Below, piece by piece: positions 43,574-52,385 of a stretch of 54,408 nucleotides of DNA. Both the position numbers and the translations under genes were made by a program. The notes below the pieces were generated by a model, which was not told where the DNA came from, searched no databases, and saw only the letters and a program-made list of their open reading frames with translations. The stretch is from an uncultured Actinomycetes bacterium (lineage in GTDB: Bacteria; Actinomycetota; Geothermincolia; Geothermincolales; RBG-13-55-18), in NCBI GenBank assembly GCA_937128055.1, contig CAKZMC010000198.1:1-54408 (forward strand), read 5' to 3'. Within the stretch, counting starts at the first letter, position 1. Each line of letters begins with the position of its first letter.

Positions 43574-44571
43574 TGAAGAGGGTGGCCGTGCTCAAGGGGG
43601 GCGTTTCGAGGGAGCGTGAGGTTTCCCTGCGCTCGGGAGCGGCCGTCGCCGCGGCCTTGCGTAAGCGGGGCCACGAGGTAAGGGAGGTGGACCTGGGGCC
43701 CGCGATGGCGGAGCAACTGCTGCCCTTGCAGGGGAGCGTTGACGCGGCCTTTCTGGCCCTGCACGGGCGCCTGGGGGAGGACGGCACCGTGCAGGGGCTC
43801 CTGGAACTTCTCGCTATCCCCTACACCGGTTCCGGGGTCCTGGCCAGCGCCCTGGCCATTGATAAACGCATGTCCAAGCGCGTCTTCCGGGCTCATGGCA
43901 TCCCGGTCGCTGACGACGTGACGATAACCGCCGCGGAGATAGCCGCCTCAGGGTTGCAGCGGGCGGCGGAGGGAATCGCCGTGGACCTCGGTTTCCCCTG
44001 CATCGTGAAGCCGAACTGCGAGGGGTCCACCCTGGGGACCTTCCGGGTGCGCAACACGGAGGAGCTCGAGGAAGCCCTTAGGGGCGCCCTCGCCTACGAC
44101 CGGCTGCTTCTGGTGGAGAGGTTCATAGAGGGAAGAGAGATGACGGTGGGCCTCCTGGGGGACGAACCTATCGTCCTGCCCGTCCTGGAGGTAGTGGCCA
44201 GCAAGGGTTTTTACGATTACGAGTGCAAGTACACCCGGGGCATGACCGAGTACCTGGTACCCGCACCCATACCCGAGAGCCTCTCAAGGGAGTTGCAGAG
44301 GCTGGCGGTGCAGGCACACAACGCCCTGGGTTGCGAGGGGGTGTCCCGGGTGGATTTCATGCTCGACGAAAGGGGCGGCGCCTTTTGCCTGGAGGTGAAC
44401 ACCATACCGGGCATGACCGAGTTGAGCCTGGTGCCCAAGGCGGCGGCGGCGATGGGCTATTCCTTCGAGGACGTGGCGGAGATCATCCTCTCCACCGCGC
44501 GCCTCAAGGTGGACCGGACCGGATGCGGTGGTGGGCCGGGACAGGAGGAGGGGAATGAGCCGGGGGCTTGA
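43570..44571 (+). CDS. ddl: D-alanine--D-alanine ligase
   Basis: 333-aa ORF. VAVLKGGVSREREVSLRSG, ALHGRLGEDGTVQGLLE, EVNTIPGMT. ATGA overlap with murB. Confidence 0.92.
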   Translation: MMKRVAVLKGGVSREREVSLRSGAAVAAALRKRGHEVREVDLGPAMAEQLLPLQGSVDAAFLALHGRLGEDGTVQGLLELLAIPYTGSGVLASALAIDKRMSKRVFRAHGIPVADDVTITAAEIAASGLQRAAEGIAVDLGFPCIVKPNCEGSTLGTFRVRNTEELEEALRGALAYDRLLLVERFIEGREMTVGLLGDEPIVLPVLEVVASKGFYDYECKYTRGMTEYLVPAPIPESLSRELQRLAVQAHNALGCEGVSRVDFMLDERGGAFCLEVNTIPGMTELSLVPKAAAAMGYSFEDVAEIILSTARLKVDRTGCGGGPGQEEGNEPGA

Positions 44572-45628
44572 GGGCCGGGCAGACGCGGGAAGGGCACGCC
44601 CGCAGAGGGACCGGGAAGCGGCTTTCCGGGAGCCGCCGGCCAAGGCTTCCGCCAGACCGGCTGCGAGGAGAAGGGGTGAGCCGAAAAAGGAGGGACAGCC
44701 CGGCGAGGTCCGCCGGCGAGCGAAGGCAAGGACGGCACGCGAGGGGAAGGAGCAGAGGCTCTCTCCGGTTGAGGGCGGGAGGAGGTGCGAGGTAGTCCGC
44801 CTGCACCACGAGGCGGCGCATCGCCCGCGCCCCCGGAGCCTTGCGGCCGTGCGGCCGGGAGAGGCGGGACCCCGCGGGCGGGAGAGGGAGGGGGATGCGA
44901 GGGCGGAGAAGACCGCGTCACGCGTGTGGGTGAGGACGGCGCTGACCGCGCTGCTCCTGGCCTCGCTCGTCCTGATGTTGTGGGTATACATGTACACCGG
45001 GGTGCTTAACGTGAAGGCGGTAGAGGTGAGGGGCAACCACCGGCTGGACGCGGCCTACCTGCGCGCTCTGTCGGGGATCACCTCGCAGACCCATCTCTTG
45101 AGGATGGATGTGGGCGCGGTTGAGAGAGCCATTCTTTCCGAGCCATACGTGGCTGAGGTGAAGGTCTCGCGCCGCTTTCCCTACACCGTGATACTGCAGG
45201 TGCGGGAGAAGGAACCGCTGGGGGTGATCGTGCAGAACGGCAAGTATCACCTGGTGGACGCGGAGGGGATGGTCCTGGAGAGCCGCGATGCACCCGGGGA
45301 AGGGCTGGTGGAGATACGGTGCAGCGAGCCCCGGCTTCTCTACCCCGGAGTGATCCTTGAGGATGCGAACTTCCCGGGTTACGCCGCTTTGCTCCGTGAC
45401 ATGCCCCAGGGCTTGCGCGAGGTGACGGTGGCCACGGGTTTTCAGGAGGGCGAGGGGTTCTTTTTGGAGTCTGCGGGGACCAGGATAATCATAGGGAGCA
45501 TCGAAGAGGTTTCCCGCAAGCTCGAGATAGCCTTTTTCGCCCTGCAGGAGCTCGTGCCGCGCCACGGAAAACTCGCGTACGTCGACGTCACCTACCCCGA
45601 TTACCCTGCTATAAAACCGGCCGAGTGA
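44555..45628 (+). CDS. ftsQ: Cell division protein FtsQ/DivIB (POTRA) with long Arg/Glu-rich cytoplasmic tail
   Basis: One TM segment (ALTALLLASLVLMLWVYMY) followed by a POTRA-like V.EV.V.GN..L and FtsQ-type domain. Start set at ATG 44555 behind GGAGGAGGGG (the ORF opens at 44528). Confidence 0.8.
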   Translation: MSRGLEGRADAGRARPQRDREAAFREPPAKASARPAARRRGEPKKEGQPGEVRRRAKARTAREGKEQRLSPVEGGRRCEVVRLHHEAAHRPRPRSLAAVRPGEAGPRGREREGDARAEKTASRVWVRTALTALLLASLVLMLWVYMYTGVLNVKAVEVRGNHRLDAAYLRALSGITSQTHLLRMDVGAVERAILSEPYVAEVKVSRRFPYTVILQVREKEPLGVIVQNGKYHLVDAEGMVLESRDAPGEGLVEIRCSEPRLLYPGVILEDANFPGYAALLRDMPQGLREVTVATGFQEGEGFFLESAGTRIIIGSIEEVSRKLEIAFFALQELVPRHGKLAYVDVTYPDYPAIKPAE

Positions 45629-46059
45629 ACAAGGGTCGAGCATGGCGCGCGTCGCACAAGGCCCTTCGCTGCCCTTTTATTTATGGTTCTTATGGTTCCG
45701 CCCTGCGAGCACGGGCAGCCAGGGTGGCGGCTCCCATTCTTCCGGCTTCGGCATCTGCATCGGTCCACCCAAAGCGAGGGGAAGCGGCAATATTTATATC
45801 GAGACTTTATGCTTAAGCAATTTTCCAAGTATAATGTTTTCGTATAGGTATATGATATAGTTTGACAACGGTGAGGCGGGCTTTGGCAAGGGAAGGCCAT
45901 CCCGCGTCGCGGGGAAATGGAGGAGAGCGGAAAACGTTTATTTGAGGCGGAAAATGGGCTGCGGCGTTGAGGGGCGGCGAGAAAACACAGATCGCATTAA
46001 TGGGTAAATATGTAAAAGGGGCGGAATGAGGAAGGATATAGAGACGGGGTTGTCGTAGT

Positions 46060-46089
46060 TTGAGTTTAGCAGGGCGGGAAATATATGAT
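46060..46089 (+). promoter_or_regulatory. Candidate ftsZ-proximal promoter
   Basis: TTGAGT (46060-46065), 18-nt spacer, TATGAT (46084-46089), about 105 nt upstream of the ftsZ ATG. A further perfect TATAAT lies at 45830-45835. Confidence 0.4.
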
Positions 46090-46195
46090 AGATAAAAGGA
46101 GCGCCCTCGGAGAAGTTTAAAGTGGTGGTTTAGGATTTGTGAGCACGCCTCGCGGAAGATTTCTGTAGGGGCAACGGATAAAGGAGGGACTGGAA

Positions 46196-47257
46196 ATGCC
46201 GGAGACCGCGACCAATTACCTAGCGGTAATCAAAGTGGTTGGCGTGGGTGGAGGCGGGACCAACGCCATAAACCGCATGATCGATTCCGGGCTCAAGGGA
46301 GTTGAATTCGTGGCCATAAACACCGATGCCCAGGCCCTCCTAATGTCCGACGCCGATGTCAAGGTGTACATCGGCGGCAATATCACCCGGGGATTGGGAG
46401 CGGGTTCCAATCCCGAGATAGGGGAGCAGGCGGCGTTGGAGAACCGGGAGGCCATCGCGGAATCCATAAAGGGCGCGGACATGGTCTTTATCACCGCCGG
46501 CAAGGGGGGAGGCACGGGCACGGGAGCCTCTCCCATAGTGGCGGAGATCGCCAAGGACCAGGGCGCCCTGACCATCGGGGTGGTCACCAAGCCCTTCTCC
46601 TTCGAAGGCCGCAAACGCGCGCAGCAGGCGGAAGCGGGCATCGATAAGTTGCGCGAGAAGGTGGATACCCTGATCATCATCCCCAACGACCGCCTGCTGG
46701 AGGTGGCGGAACAGAAGACCTCCATCATCAACGCCTTCCGTATGGCGGACGACATCCTGCGCCAGGGAGTTCAGGGGATCACCGACCTCATCACCGTGCC
46801 GGGGCTGATAAACCTGGACTTTGCGGACGTGCGCACCATCATGTCCAACGCCGGCTCGGCCCTCATGGGCATTGGAACGGCTTCCGGCGAGAACCGGGCC
46901 TCGGAGGCCGCGCGCTCCGCCATCTCCAGCCCGCTGCTGGAAGCCTCCATCGAGGGCGCGAAGGGGATCCTGCTCAATATCTCGGGCGGTTCGGACCTGG
47001 GGCTGTTCGAGGTGAACGAGGCGGCGGAGATCATCGCCAGCGTGGCCGACGCCGACGCCAACATCATCTTCGGCGCGGTCATCGATGATTCCCTGGGAGA
47101 CGAGCTGAAGGTGACGGTGATCGCCACCGGGTTCGAGTTCGGAACGGCTGCCTCACGTCCCGGTCGCAAGGCCGCTAAGGCGGAGGCACCCCCGGAAAAG
47201 ACCGTGGTCTTCGAGTCCGAGGAACTGGACATACCGGTCTTTCTCCGCAATAAATAG
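46196..47257 (+). CDS. ftsZ: Cell division GTPase FtsZ
   Basis: 353-aa ORF. Tubulin signature [16 protein letters not shown]-terminal DIPVFLR peptide. AAAGGAGGG RBS. Confidence 0.97.
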   Translation: MPETATNYLAVIKVVGVGGGGTNAINRMIDSGLKGVEFVAINTDAQALLMSDADVKVYIGGNITRGLGAGSNPEIGEQAALENREAIAESIKGADMVFITAGKGGGTGTGASPIVAEIAKDQGALTIGVVTKPFSFEGRKRAQQAEAGIDKLREKVDTLIIIPNDRLLEVAEQKTSIINAFRMADDILRQGVQGITDLITVPGLINLDFADVRTIMSNAGSALMGIGTASGENRASEAARSAISSPLLEASIEGAKGILLNISGGSDLGLFEVNEAAEIIASVADADANIIFGAVIDDSLGDELKVTVIATGFEFGTAASRPGRKAAKAEAPPEKTVVFESEELDIPVFLRNK

Positions 47258-47321
47258 TAGCGGGCGGAGAGCGGTACACGGGCACTCCCGGCCTCGAAGA
47301 GCCGGCCTGACAGTTAGCGAG

Positions 47322-47352
47322 GCGGCTTGCGGTAAGCCGCTTCCTATTTTTT
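47322..47352 (+). terminator. Intrinsic terminator closing the dcw transcription unit
   Basis: GCGGCTT-GCGGT-AAGCCGC hairpin followed by TTCCTATTTTTT. Confidence 0.8.
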
Positions 47353-47374
47353 AGGCGCAGAAGGAGCAAGGAGC

Positions 47375-49267
47375 GTGCAGGCAGCAGGATCGGAGAGCGG
47401 CGGCGCGGTGGGGGGCGCGAAGGTGGATGGAGTACTGGGCGAGGAGCTGGGTAATGTTGCCAGGCCCGGGCGTTATCTGGGCATAGAGGTGAACGCCTAC
47501 CGCAAACCGTTCGCCGGCGATGGGCTGAAGTGCGTCCTCGTCTACCCCGATGTCTACGAGATAGGGATGTCCCATCTCGGGCTGGCCATCCTCTATGAGG
47601 AGATCAACGAGCGCCCGGATGCCATGGCCGACCGCGCCTACCTGCCCTGGGTGGATATGCAGGAGCGCATGGCGGCGCGGGGCATCGCCCTCTTCGGGCT
47701 GGAGAGCAGGGTTCCCCTGCGCCACTTTGACATGGTGGGCATCACCCTGCAGCACGAGTTGACCTACGCCAACGTGATACGCGTGCTGCAGCTTGCGGGG
47801 ATACCCCTGCAGGCGGGGCAGCGCGGGGAGGAAACCCCCCTGGTGGTGGGCGGGGGCCCCGGAGCCTATAACCCCGAACCGCTGGCCGAGGTCTTCGACC
47901 TCCTGGTGCTGGGCGACGGGGAGGAGGCGATACACGAGCTCCTGGATGCGCTGGCTGCCTGGAAAAAAAAGGGGAAAAAGGACCGGGAGGGCTTCTTGCG
48001 GGAGTGCGCCTCGCTCCCCGGCGTGTATGTCCCCTCGCTGTACCGCGTCTCCTTCCACCCGGACGGCACTGTCCGCGACATCGTGGCGGAGCGGGGAGCC
48101 CCCCTGCCGGTGCGCCGGAGAGTGGTCAGGGACTTGAACGAGCACCGCCTGCCGCGGCGGCCGCTTATCCCCCTGGTGGAATCGGTGCACGATCGCTGCA
48201 GCCTGGAGGTCTTCCGGGGATGCACCCGCGGCTGCCGTTTCTGCCAGGCGGGGATGCTCTACCGCCCGGTCAGGGAGAGAAGGGCGGAGTTGCTCCGTCG
48301 CTGGGGAATGGAGATGATCGAAAACACGGGTTGCGACGAGCTGTCGCTGTCCTCGCTCAACAGCGCGGATTATTCCTGCATAATGCCACTGGCGGAAGGG
48401 CTTGCGCGCGAGCTCGAGGAGAGGCGGGTCGCGCTCTCGCTTCCCTCGCTGCGCACCGACACCTTTTCGGTGGAGCTTGCTTCCCGGTTGCGCAGGGTGA
48501 AGCGCACGGGGCTGACCTTCGCGCCCGAAACGGCTTCGCCCGGCCTGCGCGCCATGATGAACAAGAAGGTTACGGACGAGGACCTGCTGGCTGCCGTAGC
48601 CTCCGCTTACCGGGAGGGCTGGCGGAGGGTCAAGCTCTATTTCATGGTGGGTTTGCCGGGGGAGGAAGAGGAGGACGTGGAGGCCATACCCCTGCTGGTG
48701 CGGCGCATCATGCGCGAGGGTGACGAGGGAAGGCCGCTGCGGGGAATGCGCCTCGCGGTGAGCGTCTCCACTTTCGTTCCCAAGCCACATACGCCCCTGC
48801 AGTGGGCGCGCCAGATGTCCCTTTTCGAGGTGGCGCGCAGGCACTTCATCCTCAAGGAGGGGCTGCGCATGAAAGGGGTAACCCTGCGCTGGCACTCACG
48901 CGAGATGTCCTACCTGGAGGGGATGCTGGCTCGCGGCGACCGGCGCCTGGCACCGGCGGTGGTGGCCGCTGCCCGCGAGGGTTGCCTGGACAGCTGGAGC
49001 GAGTTCTTCTCCTGGGATCGCTGGAAGAGGGCCCTGGAGGCGGAGGGGCTGGATGCCGCCTGGTACGTGGAGAGGGAGCGGTCCAGCGACGAGGTCTTTC
49101 CGTGGGATCACCTTCGCGCCGGGGTGGAAAAGGCTTTCCTCTGGGAGGAATACGGAAAGGCGCTGCGGCGGGAGGAAACCCCCGACTGCCGCTTTGGGGA
49201 ATGCACTTCCTGCGGGGCCTGCGAGGCGCCCGGAGTGGGGAATGTCCTTGCCAAGGAGGAGGGTTGA
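47375..49267 (+). CDS. Radical SAM protein with N-terminal B12-binding-like domain (TIGR03960-like)
   Basis: 630-aa ORF (GTG start, AAGGAG 8 nt upstream). CTRGCRFC CxxxCxxC cluster motif. C-terminal Cys cluster CRFGECTSCGAC. Confidence 0.85.
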   Translation: MQAAGSESGGAVGGAKVDGVLGEELGNVARPGRYLGIEVNAYRKPFAGDGLKCVLVYPDVYEIGMSHLGLAILYEEINERPDAMADRAYLPWVDMQERMAARGIALFGLESRVPLRHFDMVGITLQHELTYANVIRVLQLAGIPLQAGQRGEETPLVVGGGPGAYNPEPLAEVFDLLVLGDGEEAIHELLDALAAWKKKGKKDREGFLRECASLPGVYVPSLYRVSFHPDGTVRDIVAERGAPLPVRRRVVRDLNEHRLPRRPLIPLVESVHDRCSLEVFRGCTRGCRFCQAGMLYRPVRERRAELLRRWGMEMIENTGCDELSLSSLNSADYSCIMPLAEGLARELEERRVALSLPSLRTDTFSVELASRLRRVKRTGLTFAPETASPGLRAMMNKKVTDEDLLAAVASAYREGWRRVKLYFMVGLPGEEEEDVEAIPLLVRRIMREGDEGRPLRGMRLAVSVSTFVPKPHTPLQWARQMSLFEVARRHFILKEGLRMKGVTLRWHSREMSYLEGMLARGDRRLAPAVVAAAREGCLDSWSEFFSWDRWKRALEAEGLDAAWYVERERSSDEVFPWDHLRAGVEKAFLWEEYGKALRREETPDCRFGECTSCGACEAPGVGNVLAKEEG

Positions 49268-49857
49268 AGCGCGTTCTGGTAAAGTTTTACAAGAAAGGTG
49301 ACGCCAGGTTTCTCTCCCATCGCGAAACCATGCGTGCACTGGAAAGGGCGCTGCGGCGGTCGGGCGTCGCGCTGGTCTTCACCGAGGGGTACAACCCGCG
49401 TCTCAGGATGAGTTTCTCTCCCGCACTCCCCCTGGGCGTGGCCGCCGAGGCGGAGTACCTCGAGGTTTCCGTGGGTGAGGAGCCTGACCTGCAGGCGGCG
49501 CGGGAAAGCATGGACCGCTCACTTCCCCTCGGGCTGGGAATCGTTTCCATGCAAGTCCTGCCGCCGCATATGCCCCGCCTTTCGCGCTGGACTCGTTACG
49601 GGCTTTACCGCGTCGAGGCCGACGGCAGCCGCTTTCACCTGGCGTTGCGCTTGAGCGGAGAGGGAGAAGGCAGGTTGAAGGAGGCGCTGGTGCGGTTGGG
49701 GGAATATTTGCGGAGGGACCTGCAGGGCGGCGAGGTCACCAGGGTCGGGATCTACGCCTCCCGTGAAGAAGTTGCCGAGGAGGTAGCGGGGCCGCTTTAC
49801 CTATACCGTGGAAGGGAAGGTGAACTGGAAGTGATGCAGGGTGGCCATAAAGAATAA
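49264..49857 (+). CDS. Radical-SAM-linked protein (DUF2344 / TIGR03936-like)
   Basis: LKRVLVKFYKKGDARFLSHRETMRALERALRRSG...TEGYNPRLRMSFSPALPLGV. TTG start forms a TTGA overlap with the radical SAM stop. The upstream part of the 351-aa ORF is a shadow of the previous gene. Confidence 0.75.
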   Translation: MKRVLVKFYKKGDARFLSHRETMRALERALRRSGVALVFTEGYNPRLRMSFSPALPLGVAAEAEYLEVSVGEEPDLQAARESMDRSLPLGLGIVSMQVLPPHMPRLSRWTRYGLYRVEADGSRFHLALRLSGEGEGRLKEALVRLGEYLRRDLQGGEVTRVGIYASREEVAEEVAGPLYLYRGREGELEVMQGGHKE

Positions 49858-51130
49858 GCTCAAGGCGGGATCCGTGGAGGTGCGCAAGGCCTCCCCGGTG
49901 GCGAAGGAGATCGCAGTAGCCTCCTACGAGAACGAGACGCGGGTGGCGGTGCTCGAATCGGGTGCGCTGCAGGAGATCTTCGTGGAGCACTCCGACCGGC
50001 GCTCCATCGTGGGCGACATCTACAAAGGCAGGGTGCAGAACGTCCTTCCGGGCATGGAGGCGGCCTTCGTGGACATAGGGCACAACCGCAACGCCCTCCT
50101 CTACGTGGGCGACATCTACCTGGAAGGAAAGAGGCAGGGAGAGAGGCCGGCGATCACCAGGCTGCTGAAACCGGGACAGCAGGTGGTGGTGCAGGTGACC
50201 AAGGATCCCATGGGCGGGAAGGGAGCGCGCCTGACCACCTACCTCTCCATACCCGGCCGTTACCTGGTCCTCCTGCCGCAGGCGAAGACGGTGGGCATCT
50301 CGCATAAGCTGGGCGAGCAGGAGCGCGAGCGCCTCCGCGTGCTGGTGGAGGAGGTGCGGCCGCGGGACACGGGTCTCATAGTGCGCACGGCGGCCAAGGA
50401 AGCCGAGGCGGCGGAGCTGCGCAAGAGCCTGGCCTACCTGGGGAGGGTCTGGCACCAGGTGCACAGGGCGGCCGAAAAGAAACGCGCGCCCGCCGTCCTC
50501 TACCGGGAGCCGGAGCTCGAGATCAAGGTGATCAGGGACGTCATGGACAAGACCTTCGACCGCATCCTGGTCAACAGCCACCGTGTCTACCGCCGCGTCA
50601 GGCATTACCTGAAGACGGTGGCGCCGGACCTGGCGGAGCGGGTGTTGCGTTACACGGGCGAGACGCCGCTTTTCGAGGCCCTTGGCATCAACGCCCAGAT
50701 AAAGGAGGCCTTGCGGCGCGAGGTCCCCCTGCCCTCCGGCGGTTACATCGTCATAGATTCCACCGAGGCCCTCACCGCCATAGACGTCAACACCGGCAGG
50801 TACGTGGGCGACAAGTCGCTGGAGGAAACCGTGCTGCGCACCAACATCGAGGCGGTTTCGGAGGTGGTCCGCCAGTTGCGGCTGCGGGACATAGGGGGCA
50901 TCATCATCATCGATTTCATAGACATGAACGAAGCGCGCAACCGCAGGGCGGTGCTCAAGGCCCTCCATCAGGAGCTGGAAAAGGACCGCACCAAGACCTA
51001 CGTGGTGGAGCTCACCAAGCTGGGGCTGGTGGAGATGACGCGCAAGAACGTTTCCGAGGGCCTGCTGGAGGCTTTCGGGGAGAAGTGCCCCGTGTGCGAG
51101 GGCAGGGGCATCGTCTTCCGGGAGCCATGA
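49841..51130 (+). CDS. rng: Rne/Rng-family ribonuclease (RNase G-like)
   Basis: 429-aa ORF. S1 domain GDIYKGRVQNVLPGMEAAFVDIG, catalytic-core blocks AIDVNTG and IIIIDFIDM, C-terminal CPVCEGRG zinc-link-like motif. Exact start uncertain. Confidence 0.88.
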   Translation: MAIKNKLKAGSVEVRKASPVAKEIAVASYENETRVAVLESGALQEIFVEHSDRRSIVGDIYKGRVQNVLPGMEAAFVDIGHNRNALLYVGDIYLEGKRQGERPAITRLLKPGQQVVVQVTKDPMGGKGARLTTYLSIPGRYLVLLPQAKTVGISHKLGEQERERLRVLVEEVRPRDTGLIVRTAAKEAEAAELRKSLAYLGRVWHQVHRAAEKKRAPAVLYREPELEIKVIRDVMDKTFDRILVNSHRVYRRVRHYLKTVAPDLAERVLRYTGETPLFEALGINAQIKEALRREVPLPSGGYIVIDSTEALTAIDVNTGRYVGDKSLEETVLRTNIEAVSEVVRQLRLRDIGGIIIIDFIDMNEARNRRAVLKALHQELEKDRTKTYVVELTKLGLVEMTRKNVSEGLLEAFGEKCPVCEGRGIVFREP

Positions 51131-51157
51131 TGCGCGGAGGCGCGGGGGGGCGGGAGA

Positions 51158-51847
51158 ATGAAAAAGGGCAGGAAGGCAGGTGAAGCGGAAGGGCGCGAAG
51201 AGGGGGATGAGCGCTCCCGTGCGGGGCGCCGGCGCAGGCGCCGCAAGGGGACCGCTCTCCTCGTCACGGGATTAGCGCTGGTCCTCGCCGGCCTCATGAC
51301 GCTGGCAGGCGTGTTCGCCTACATCCATTACACCAACCGCCGGGCGGCTTCCGCCCAGCAGGAGCTCTTCCGTGCGTGGGAGGAACGGCCCCTCTCCCCC
51401 GGCGAGGACGAGGTGGCGGTGGGAGACGGGATAGCGCGGCTGATAGTGCCGCGCATAGGCCTGGACGCCATCGTGGTGGAGCTGTGGGGCCTGGATGACA
51501 GCGAGAACCTGAAACGGGGCCCGGGGCACATCCCCGAAACCGCCTATCCGGGGGAGGAAGGCAACTGCGTCATTTCCGGGCACCGCACGACATATGGCGC
51601 GCCTTTCCGGCACATCGAACAGCTGGAGCCCGGTGACGAGATAATCCTGGAAACGGCCGGCCACCGCTTCATCTACCTGGTCTACGGGCAGAAGATAGTG
51701 TCTCCGTCCGACCTCAGCGTGCTGGAACAGGAAGGGGAGCCCAAGGTGACCCTCACCGCGTGTCACCCGTGGTATAGCGCGGCGCAGCGCATCGTGGTCA
51801 TGGGGGAACTGGCGACGAGCGAGGACCTTGCAGGCGGGAGCCCGTAA
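51158..51847 (+). CDS. Sortase (class E-like) with Arg-rich tail and membrane anchor
   Basis: 229-aa ORF. ISGHRTTYG (His), TLTACHP (catalytic Cys), QRIVV (Arg). TM segment ALLVTGLALVLAGLMTLAGVFAYI. Confidence 0.85.
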   Translation: MKKGRKAGEAEGREEGDERSRAGRRRRRRKGTALLVTGLALVLAGLMTLAGVFAYIHYTNRRAASAQQELFRAWEERPLSPGEDEVAVGDGIARLIVPRIGLDAIVVELWGLDDSENLKRGPGHIPETAYPGEEGNCVISGHRTTYGAPFRHIEQLEPGDEIILETAGHRFIYLVYGQKIVSPSDLSVLEQEGEPKVTLTACHPWYSAAQRIVVMGELATSEDLAGGSP

Positions 51848-51902
51848 GCGCCTCCACGCGGTGGAAAGAGGCGAAAAGCCAGGTAAAAGGGCATAAAAAG
51901 GA

Positions 51903-51930
51903 GACCGGAAAGTGGGCAGGCTTTCCGGTC
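51903..51930. terminator. 10-bp hairpin, U-tract on the minus-strand side only
   Basis: GACCGGAAAG-TGGGCAGG-CTTTCCGGTC. The plus strand has A-rich GCATAAAAAGGA before it, so the minus-strand RNA would read hairpin then UCCUUUUUAUGC. Confidence 0.45.
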
Positions 51931-52300
51931 CGGGCCAAAACTCACTCGGCGTAGACATTTTGGCAATTCTTATAATCGGCATTCCCGTGGAAATACTTTA
52001 TACCCCCTGCCCACGGATACGCGGATTGTCCCGCGAGCGGCAAGTCCGCGGGAGGCGCACCCCCTTCCCGGAAGGCCCGCGCCCTCGGGAGGACGGCGGA
52101 GCGAAATCCCGCCCGCGGTCATGGGGCGGGACCGGACCATTAAAGTATATATATTTTATGTCGATATATAAGTCGGACTTTGAGAACCGAATACCCCTGT
52201 AGGTGATAAAGGCAAACTCTTCCGAAAGGGGAGGGCGCAAAGCCATGGGTCTAAGACCGCGAGAGCGGTTATGATCGCCAGGCTGCCGCCTCCAAAGCGA

Positions 52301-52335
52301 CGCCCTTTCCCAAGCGGAAAGGGCGGTTCGTTTTA
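52301..52335 (+). terminator. Terminator/attenuator-like hairpin 50 nt upstream of the CAP-repeat gene
   Basis: CGCCCTTTCC-CAAGC-GGAAAGGGCG followed by GTTCGTTTTA. Confidence 0.5.
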
Positions 52336-52385
52336 AAGGACGGGGAGAGTTGCCACCAGCCCAGGGGACGAAGGGGGAGATACAA

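Noticed and set aside
45601-45900. ORFs inside the ftsQ-ftsZ gap (45601..45900(-), 45625..45816(+), 45642..45860(+)) as a possible ftsA remnant or a novel small protein.
   Set aside because: The sequences are Cys/Arg/Ser-rich with no actin-fold (FtsA) motifs visible, and the region is AT-rich with frequent stops. Remnant status remains only a hypothesis to test by sensitive search.
51940-52340. c-di-AMP (ydaO-type) riboswitch upstream of the CAP-domain cell-wall gene.
   Set aside because: The context is attractive, because ydaO elements often precede cell-wall hydrolase genes in Gram-positives. However, I could not align the conserved blocks (ACGGGGA...CCCA, CCGACAGCTAAC...) to this sequence by eye. 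It is left as an unclassified structured leader pending an Infernal scan.
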